Part shown: one piece after another, positions 54,226 through 61,410 of the stretch
Position numbering within the stretch: position 1 is the stretch's first letter
How the letters are laid out: each line of letters begins with the position of its first letter
DNA from: an uncultured Acidobacteriota bacterium
GTDB taxonomy: Bacteria > Acidobacteriota > UBA6911 > RPQK01 > JAPXNP01
Reading direction: 5' to 3'
DNA: 64,000 bases
NCBI GenBank assembly: GCA_963777605.1
Contig: CAVZRV010000011.1
Coordinates: forward strand, 1-64,000
The notes under the pieces: generated by a model
What the model saw: the letters and a program-made list of their open reading frames with translations, nothing else
Database searches by the model: none
What the model was told of the DNA's origin: nothing
Translations under genes and position numbers: made by a program

Positions 54226-55209
54226 TGCCAACGACTGGTTTATTGGCTCCGCCGGCGTTCGCCGCCGACCGGGCAACCTTCCTCGAGGAGGTGATGCTGG
54301 GGCTGGGCCGAAACCCAAAAGAGCTTCCCTGCAAGTACTTCTACGATGCCTTGGGATCGCGGCTGTTCGAGGAGATCTGCCAGCTGCCGGAATACTACCC
54401 GACGCGCACCGAGTTGGCGATCATGCGCCGGGCAATTGGTGAAATCGTCGAGGCCATTGGGCCACAGAGCCTGCTCATCGAGTATGGCAGCGGCAGCAGC
54501 CTGAAAACCCGCCTGCTCCTCGATCACGCGCCCCACCTGGCCGGGTACATTCCGATCGATATCTCCGCCACGCAGCTTGCTCTGGCGGTGCGCGCCCTCT
54601 CGAAGCAATATCCGCGGCTGCCGCATCTGTCCGCTGTGCGCCGACTACACACGACCGTACGAACTGCCCGAGGCGGCGCTTGGGGACAGCCGGCGTGTGG
54701 TCTTTTTCCCCGGTTCCACGATTGGTAACTTTGCTCCGGCCCAGGCCACCGACTTCCTGAGACACATCGCGCAGGTTTGCGGCCCGGGAGGCGGGTTGAT
54801 CATCGGCGTCGACCTCATAAAGGATCCGTGCCGGCTCAACGCCGCCTACAACGACGCCCGCGGAGTGACGGCAGCGTTCAACCTCAACCTGCTCCGCCGC
54901 ATTAACCGTGAACTCGGCGCCGACTTCCGGCTGGATCGGTTTACGCACCGTGCCTTTTACAACCCAAGCGCGGGCCGTATCGAGATGCACCTGGTCAGCC
55001 TCGCCCGCCAGGAGGTACACCTGAACGGCGCTACGATTCCGTTTGAGCTGGGCGAATCGGTTTGGACCGAGAGTTCCTATAAGTATTCCCCCGCAGACTT
55101 CGCGAGACTGGCGGCCACTGCCGGCTGGCGCGTCGAGCGGGTCTGGACCGATCCCGGGCAGTTGTTCAGCATCCAGCACCTGGCCCGAGTGGATCAGAAA
55201 CACAGGTAA
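54222..55209 (+). CDS. egtD: Histidine N-alpha-trimethyltransferase (frameshift near 54622)
   Basis: KELPCKYFYD..GSRLFEEICQLPEYYPTRTE, EYGSGSSLKT, FFPGSTIGN, AAYNDARGVTAAFNLN, TESSYKY. Confidence 0.93.
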
Positions 55210-55700
55210 TGAAAATGCAACTGGCAGAAGGCTTGCGACAAGAGTTACGCGAACTCCTTGTGGGCGGCAACGCGCACCAGCAGTTCGACGGAGCGGTGCG
55301 CGATTTTCCCTTGGCACTGCGCGGTCTCCGGCCCAAGGGGTTGCCCTATAGTGGATGGGAACTGCTCGAACACATCCGCATCGCCCAGCACGACATCCTG
55401 AAGTTTATTCGCGACCAGCACTACCAGTCACCGGCCTGGCCCGAGGGCTACTGGCCTGCAACTCCTGCGCCGCCCGAAGCCGCGGACTGGGACCGTGCCA
55501 TCGCTGCGTTTCACGCCGACCGGCAGGCAATGCTGGACCTGGTTGCTGATCCCGAGCGCGATATGATCAAGCCCTTTGCCCATGGAAGCGGGCAAACCCT
55601 GCTGCGCGAGGTGCTCCTGGCGGCCGATCACACGGCCTATCACCTGGGGCAGTTTATCGCGGTGCGGCGCCTGCTTGCATGCTGGCCTCCCCAGGAATGA
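55209..55700 (+). CDS. DinB/YfiT-family (S-transferase-like) protein
   Basis: YSGWELLEHIRIAQ and ADHTAYHLGQ His triad; TAATG overlap with the egtD stop. Confidence 0.85.
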   Translation: MKMQLAEGLRQELRELLVGGNAHQQFDGAVRDFPLALRGLRPKGLPYSGWELLEHIRIAQHDILKFIRDQHYQSPAWPEGYWPATPAPPEAADWDRAIAAFHADRQAMLDLVADPERDMIKPFAHGSGQTLLREVLLAADHTAYHLGQFIAVRRLLACWPPQE

Positions 55701-55754
55701 GTTTTGAGGCTGCAACAAAGATAACCGAGCACGAAGTTTCGAAGGAGGTGGATC

Positions 55755-55875
55755 ATGGCTTAATGCGCTCACCTGGACCAGATTCGCGACGTCATCCCGA
55801 GCGCCCAGGGTTGCGGGGACTGCTTGAAGACCGGTGACTCTTGGGTCCATTTGCGAATGTGCCGGGTATGCGAAA
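55755..55875 (+). pseudogene. UBP-type zinc-finger protein, nonsense codon and truncation
   Basis: aaggaggt RBS; MA*CAHLDQIRDVIPSAQGCGDCLKTGDSWVHLRMCRVC, then the expected GHVGCC half is absent. Confidence 0.75.
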
Positions 55876-55878
55876 GGG

Positions 55879-56091
55879 TCAGCCAAGGCTCGAGGCGAGC
55901 GCTGCGCCGACCACGGCTCCGCCGGCGATGAGCACGAGTCTGAGGAGGCCCCCGGCGATGCAACCCATTCCTCCTTCAAATTGGCCCCAGTGCCCGCCGA
56001 GGTAGGTGAACCTCGGAGACGCGATGGCAGTGGCGACAATGAAACCAACGATGGCGCCGATCACGGCGCCCACGATCTGACCCTCATTCAT
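55879..56091 (-). CDS. Small two-TM glycine-rich membrane protein
   Basis: 70 aa with two hydrophobic helices; starts 3 nt after the upstream stop, with aaggag RBS. Confidence 0.7.
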   Translation of the reverse strand: MNEGQIVGAVIGAIVGFIVATAIASPRFTYLGGHWGQFEGGMGCIAGGLLRLVLIAGGAVVGAALASSLG

Positions 56092-56094
56092 GGC

Positions 56095-57231
56095 TCACTC
56101 CTTCCCGGCTCGTTTCCGCTTGTTCTCTGCCAGCTGCTTCAACGTAGCGAGGCAGAACTCATTGAGGAGAGCCCGGCGCTGTTCCGGCGAGCCAGCCTTC
56201 TGCAGCAGCTTGTTGACGGTGTCGGCGATCTGTCGCATGGCCTGTTTGGCTGTCTGCTTCCCGTTCGTGTTCTCGACCAGATGCGAGGTCATTTCGCGGT
56301 AGAATGCGGCCTTCATGATTGGATTGGCCTCCATCCTCTTCCAGAGGTCGTCTCCGGAATAGGGCTCGCCCTTTTCCGTATGCGGGCTTCTGCTCGACGG
56401 CGTCGCGTCCGTCTGGATCAGGTCGACGGCGTACCGAACGCCGCAGGCGTGGGAAGCCTGTTCATTGAGCCGGTGGGCTTCGTGGACGGCCTTGAAGAAG
56501 CGTTTGACGCTTTCCGCAATGACCTTCTTGTAGTCCTTGACGAACTTGGGCAGGTCTTTCATGCCCTCCTCGGGGGTGTACTTCGGGCTCGGCTTGTCGA
56601 TCTTGGCTTTCTTGCCGGCTTCGGTTCCGGCCTTCTTCGCGTCGCCCGTGTCGATTCCGGTCTTGCGGGAGCTCTCGGCAGGGACAATGACAATCTGAGC
56701 TGCACGATCTTCACGATTGTCAACGTTTTCGAATCTTCCGGGATCGAATCCCGGGGGCAGGTTGTCCACTGCCGGGTCCTCACCCAGCCCCTGAGGCTTG
56801 ATCTGGCTCCTGGGGATTCCCAATTGTTTGTTCAACTCCACTGCCACCGCCTCGGCGCGATCCTTCGAGAGCTTCTGGTTGTACTGGTCGGATCCGGGGC
56901 GGCTGGCGCTGGCGTAGATCTCGATCCGGGTGCCGGGCTGGGCTAGCAGCGCCCGATCCTGAGAAGAAAGCCCCTGATACCAGCGCTGATATTCCCCTTT
57001 CGGCAGGGTCCGCCGGTTGTAGTCAAACGCCATGCCGTCCCCGGGGCGAGCCCGGCTGCGCCGTTCCTGAGCCTCCTCGGGACTCAGGCGCTGGCGTTTG
57101 TGCTCGGTGCCGCGCACCGCCTTTTCGTTCCACTCCTGTGGCCGGACAGCGTCACTCGTGGCGCCGGGCTTTGGCTGGACTGGCTGGTCGGAAGCTCCTT
57201 GAGGTTGTTCAGTTTTCGGTCCACCACCCAT
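56095..57231 (-). CDS. OmpA-like (peptidoglycan-binding) domain protein with unknown C-terminal domain
   Basis: IEIYASASRPGSDQYNQKLSKDRAEAV...GIPRSQIKPQGLGE...DRAAQI; no signal peptide; aaggag RBS. Confidence 0.8.
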   Translation of the reverse strand: MGGGPKTEQPQGASDQPVQPKPGATSDAVRPQEWNEKAVRGTEHKRQRLSPEEAQERRSRARPGDGMAFDYNRRTLPKGEYQRWYQGLSSQDRALLAQPGTRIEIYASASRPGSDQYNQKLSKDRAEAVAVELNKQLGIPRSQIKPQGLGEDPAVDNLPPGFDPGRFENVDNREDRAAQIVIVPAESSRKTGIDTGDAKKAGTEAGKKAKIDKPSPKYTPEEGMKDLPKFVKDYKKVIAESVKRFFKAVHEAHRLNEQASHACGVRYAVDLIQTDATPSSRSPHTEKGEPYSGDDLWKRMEANPIMKAAFYREMTSHLVENTNGKQTAKQAMRQIADTVNKLLQKAGSPEQRRALLNEFCLATLKQLAENKRKRAGKE

Positions 57232-57342
57232 GGGTTGGCTCCTTTCTGTTTACCGCTTTCCGCATCAAGCCCGGTCGGGGCAGCTGCAATCGGGAATTGC
57301 TGGCTGTTGACCGCCGGGCGCGGCTGCGCCGCGCCCGTGCCC

Positions 57343-60300
57343 TCAAGCGAGAGCCCTAACCCGGGCCCGCTGGATGGCGCTTCGGTTCCATTCGAGCGTC
57401 TGCTCAAAGCGTGCTTGTATGCGGTCGATCTTCTTCTTCCAAGCGTCAAACTCCTTGAAGGGTTCTTGGTGGGACTGGTCCCTGCCGCCACCACCGCCCC
57501 CGGGTACGCCATTGGAGAGCTCGTCCAGATAGGCCCGACCCTTGCGGTAGGCTGGTCCCGGATCCCAGTCGGGCACCAGGTCCGCCCCGCTCGGCTTCCG
57601 CGGGTCGGGCGGAAGTTGTCCCGTGTCCTCCCAGAAATCTTGCCAGCTGGGCGTCGCCCGCATCGATTCGTCCGGCGAGCCGCCGCCGCTGTCTTGCGGC
57701 GACGCCGGGTCTTCGCCCATGGCCGCAGCGTTGAACGCGCCGACCGGCCCCTCTGTCACGTCTTCATAGCCGGCGAGCAAGGTCTCCATGGCCAATGTCC
57801 GGGCCACCTGCAAGAGCCCCGATTTATAAGCGATTTGCTGACAGCCGTAGCAGAGGGCGGCGCTGCGAACGCGATCAGCGGGAAGGCCGCCGGCCAAGCG
57901 GGTTTCGACCCTTCGCAGAGCCCGCAGGTCCCCCCAACCCTGAGGACCCAATGCCGCACCCATGCCAAGGTCGAAGAGCTCTGTCAGTGCCACGTCGCCG
58001 AGTAAGGTCGCGACCTGGTAGCGGAAGCGGCAGTCTCCGCCGGGACAAATGTCCCCGCATTGCGGGAAGGGATCTTCCTCGCGCCCGGTGATCCCCCGGT
58101 ACAGGTTCCACAACTCCTGTCGCCTCGTCGGATTGTCTTTCCCGCCAGCGGTGAGGGCGGTGAGGGAAGCCGTCATCAGCACGCTCAACCGTTCCACATC
58201 GGGCAATTGCCAGTCGTAGAGGCGTCCGAAAGTGCGTAAGTAGTCGCAGATCGCGTGGCGGATCAGGCACGGCAGCGCGCGGTCGATCGGCGCCTGTCTC
58301 CGGGAGTGGGAGCGGACATAGCGCTGTAACTGTTCGAGGCCGGGGCGGACGTCACCGGCGTCTTCAGTGAGAGCCAACATCAAGGCCATAAAGATCTCCC
58401 GGAACTCCCCCTGTGCCACGATGGCCTGCGCGTCCTCGCAAAAGGCGTACGGTGTGCCGCAGGCGCCGGCGCAATCGGGAAAGGGAACAAAGAGCCCGGC
58501 GATTGCCGGGTTCCGGCGAAAAGGTTCCATGTGCCGGCGCACGATGGCGTCTCTCCCAGCCTTGGCAGCAGCCTCCGCCGGCGACTCGAGCTTCGAGTAA
58601 GGTACCTGCACCAGCACCGGCCGATCGTCACCTTCAGAGAAGACCGCCGCTTCGCCTGGCCGGAAAGTGGCCAGCATGCGGCTCCGGTCCTGATCCATGT
58701 TCATCGAACCTGCGAGCAGCTCCCGATCTTCGCGGGCTACGGTGCGGTGAACGACCTTGACGTTCGTATTCTTGAGGGCATCGGGCGCCAGCTTGGAGGG
58801 GATCTGTTCGGCGATCAGGAAACCCTGGCCGTAAGCGCGCACCTCAGACAGCATATTGACGAACGACTCGACCGCCTTGGCCCGGGTGTTGGCTTGCTCT
58901 TCGCCCGCGCCTCGAGCGACGCTTGCCAGCAGCCGGTGGGCTTCTTCTACGACGACCACATGGCGCAGTTGGGAGCCGGCGTTGTCGGCCGAGGCCCGCA
59001 GGTGCTCGAAGATGCGGATCAGTAGAAGGCCCATCAGGAAGGCCTTTTCGTCGTCGTCGCCGACCTGCTCCAACTCGATCACCGTCGGCTGCAACAGCAG
59101 TTCGGACAGCGGAATTGATCTGGGCGTGTCGAGCATCGCCCCCTTTCCACCAATACACAGGCTCTCGAGACGAGTGACCAAAGCCGCTTTGATATCGCTG
59201 GTGACCCGGGCCTCATAGCCGAGGCTGTCGACGACCTCCTCAATCTTGGCGCTGAGAGCACTCAATGTGGGGAAGGCAAGCGCCCGAGCCTCCGGCGTAG
59301 CGTCCGACGGCAGCCGCCGATTGACGCCTCGCACGGGATCCCAGCCGTAGTCACGGTAGACGTCATGAAGGCAACGTTCGAGAACCTGAGGTAAAGGGCT
59401 CCACATGACGAAGCTGGCATTGAACGTTGCTTTGAGCAGGTCGATGTGGGTTGCCAGCGAGGCGCCGGGCTCGACCTCGAAAGGATTCAGGCGGAAAGGT
59501 GAAACCGACTCCTCCCCCAGCGTGAATACTCGGAGCGCGGAACCGACGACCGGGTCGGCGATGAGAGCGCGGTACTCGGTTTTCGCCGGCTCGAGCACCA
59601 GAAACGGCACTTCCTGCGACCACAGCTGTCGCAGCAGATGGAAAGCGGTGTTGGTCTTCCCGCTGCCGGTGACGCCGACGATCAGGGTGTGCTTGCTCAG
59701 GGCACCCGTTGACAGCCGGTAGTCGACTTCGAGCCGGCGGCCGAGATCGTGGACGCGGCCGAGCTCGATCGGGCCCTGAGCAGCATCGTGGGGTAGAGCG
59801 ACATCGAAACGCTGGATCTCGCGAACGGCGAACCCGGGTGCTTCGAGGCGCGGAAGGTGGATTAGGGCCGACAGCCGCTGAGAGTTGAGGATGGTTTGGA
59901 AGCTGTACGGGTACTCGAGTTGGCCCGGCGCTTCGGCAGTGGCGAGCAGAATGGGCCCGAGAGCCGCCCTGAACGGTCCTGGTTCGGCAATCTCGAGCAC
60001 CCGAACCGGCTCGGGCAGCGACTGCTCACCCCCGAGGACGGCACCCAGCGCCGCACCGAGCGTCTTGAACGAAGTACGGTCGGGCGCGAGGAAGAACGCC
60101 GAAACCGTCCAGGACCCAACCGCAAACCCTCTCTCGAATTCCTGGTGCAGCAGTTCCAGGCGCCGGAGATAGGTTTCCGCGAGAGGCCCGGGGCGCGGCT
60201 TCACCTGTTCGGCATCCGAGACGGCACGCATCTCGTTCACAACAGCATGACCCAGTTTGCGGGAGAGCTGCCCCGGCAGAGGATCGGCCATGACAACCCA

Positions 60301-60867
60301 GCCCCAGGAACGGCCCTGCATGGCGTGCAAAAGCCGGTCCATCTGTGTCATCTCTCCCCACTCGACTCGACGTGATCGGCTCGCGATCCCGGTCACGAGT
60401 CCAAGATTTCCACTGACCATCATTTCCCGCAGTCGAACCTGAAACTGCGTCCCGTCGGCAGGCTGTGCCCGACTGCCCGGGTAGTGGCTCGCGACCAGGG
60501 CCTCGAGCGCGGCCAGCGTGACGCCGGGGCCGTGTTGCCCGTCATCCCTGCGATGGAGACCGGGGTACGTGCCCATCACGACCTGGATCTCGCGAGAGTC
60601 GCCGAGCACCGCGAAGAGCAGTGGAACCCCAAGCCCGGCGCAACCCGAGAGCAAGGCCTCGGACCAGTAGCTGACTGGGCGATCGGAGTCGCCCTCCCGG
60701 TCATTGGATCGCCAACTGCGTCCGACTTCACAAATTCGCATCAGCCGCAGTTCGCTGGGGCCCGGGGCGGCAACATCTCCCGGCTCGATGCGCTGACGAA
60801 AGACTCCGCCAAAGTCGTCGAGGAAGGCGCGAGAGAGGTAATCGAGGTGGGCCGTTGAATAATCGAT
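57343..60867 (-). CDS. Large HerA/FtsK-superfamily (DUF87-like) ATPase with Cys-rich C-terminal region
   Basis: KHTLIVGVTGSGKTNT (Walker A), VVVVEEAHRLL (Walker B), EVRAYG, AEQIPSKL; CxxxC clusters. Frame stays open upstream to an ATC at 60867. Confidence 0.85.
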   Translation of the reverse strand: MDYSTAHLDYLSRAFLDDFGGVFRQRIEPGDVAAPGPSELRLMRICEVGRSWRSNDREGDSDRPVSYWSEALLSGCAGLGVPLLFAVLGDSREIQVVMGTYPGLHRRDDGQHGPGVTLAALEALVASHYPGSRAQPADGTQFQVRLREMMVSGNLGLVTGIASRSRRVEWGEMTQMDRLLHAMQGRSWGWVVMADPLPGQLSRKLGHAVVNEMRAVSDAEQVKPRPGPLAETYLRRLELLHQEFERGFAVGSWTVSAFFLAPDRTSFKTLGAALGAVLGGEQSLPEPVRVLEIAEPGPFRAALGPILLATAEAPGQLEYPYSFQTILNSQRLSALIHLPRLEAPGFAVREIQRFDVALPHDAAQGPIELGRVHDLGRRLEVDYRLSTGALSKHTLIVGVTGSGKTNTAFHLLRQLWSQEVPFLVLEPAKTEYRALIADPVVGSALRVFTLGEESVSPFRLNPFEVEPGASLATHIDLLKATFNASFVMWSPLPQVLERCLHDVYRDYGWDPVRGVNRRLPSDATPEARALAFPTLSALSAKIEEVVDSLGYEARVTSDIKAALVTRLESLCIGGKGAMLDTPRSIPLSELLLQPTVIELEQVGDDDEKAFLMGLLLIRIFEHLRASADNAGSQLRHVVVVEEAHRLLASVARGAGEEQANTRAKAVESFVNMLSEVRAYGQGFLIAEQIPSKLAPDALKNTNVKVVHRTVAREDRELLAGSMNMDQDRSRMLATFRPGEAAVFSEGDDRPVLVQVPYSKLESPAEAAAKAGRDAIVRRHMEPFRRNPAIAGLFVPFPDCAGACGTPYAFCEDAQAIVAQGEFREIFMALMLALTEDAGDVRPGLEQLQRYVRSHSRRQAPIDRALPCLIRHAICDYLRTFGRLYDWQLPDVERLSVLMTASLTALTAGGKDNPTRRQELWNLYRGITGREEDPFPQCGDICPGGDCRFRYQVATLLGDVALTELFDLGMGAALGPQGWGDLRALRRVETRLAGGLPADRVRSAALCYGCQQIAYKSGLLQVARTLAMETLLAGYEDVTEGPVGAFNAAAMGEDPASPQDSGGGSPDESMRATPSWQDFWEDTGQLPPDPRKPSGADLVPDWDPGPAYRKGRAYLDELSNGVPGGGGGGRDQSHQEPFKEFDAWKKKIDRIQARFEQTLEWNRSAIQRARVRALA

Positions 60868-60869
60868 GG

Positions 60870-61190
60870 TTACCTCCGAATGTAGATCGCCCAGTAGACG
60901 ATCATGCTCAGCACGGCGAGGATGACGAGGCCGGCCTGCTCGGCCCAGATTCCGTAGATCAACACTGGCCAGGCGGCAAGGAAGGCAAGGCCCAGAGGCA
61001 GAGCAAGGATGTTGGCGAGAAACCCGTACTGCCGGCCGCCGCCGCCCCGAATCTCCAATCGCGAACCGATGACCCAGACGGCTTTCGGTCGCAAGAGGCC
61101 TCTGCGGGTGCGCTTGCCGATGACGATCACCCGGTCGCCGTCACGCAGGACACGGCCGGGGATCTCCGGGGCAGACAACTCGATCGGCAC
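60870..61190 (-). CDS. Small membrane protein (beta-rich N-part plus two C-terminal TM helices; start uncertain)
   Basis: LRDGDRVIVIGK.. followed by two hydrophobic helices; stop is 2 nt before the ATPase frame. Confidence 0.6.
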   Translation of the reverse strand: MPIELSAPEIPGRVLRDGDRVIVIGKRTRRGLLRPKAVWVIGSRLEIRGGGGRQYGFLANILALPLGLAFLAAWPVLIYGIWAEQAGLVILAVLSMIVYWAIYIRR

Positions 61191-61410
61191 CTCTTCAACG
61201 ACGTCTCCACTCTCGTTTGTGACCTCCAGCCGGAAGCCCAGATATTCCTCGGGCCGGGATGAGAATCCCCGGCTCGAGCCTTCTTAGAGTGGGACCATGC
61301 TACCCTGCACCGATGGCGCTGGCAAGACAAGCAGACCACCACAGGCACCAAAGCCCTGACCTTCTCACCCGCCGTCGATCTGGTTGCGGATCTACCTTTA
61401 CCTGGAAAGT

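Noticed and set aside
57343-60867. Known HerA defence system (Sir2-HerA, DUF4297-HerA, NurA-HerA) or conjugative VirB4/VirD4
   Set aside because: No recognisable nuclease, Sir2, relaxase or mating-pair genes adjacent. Left as an unassigned module.
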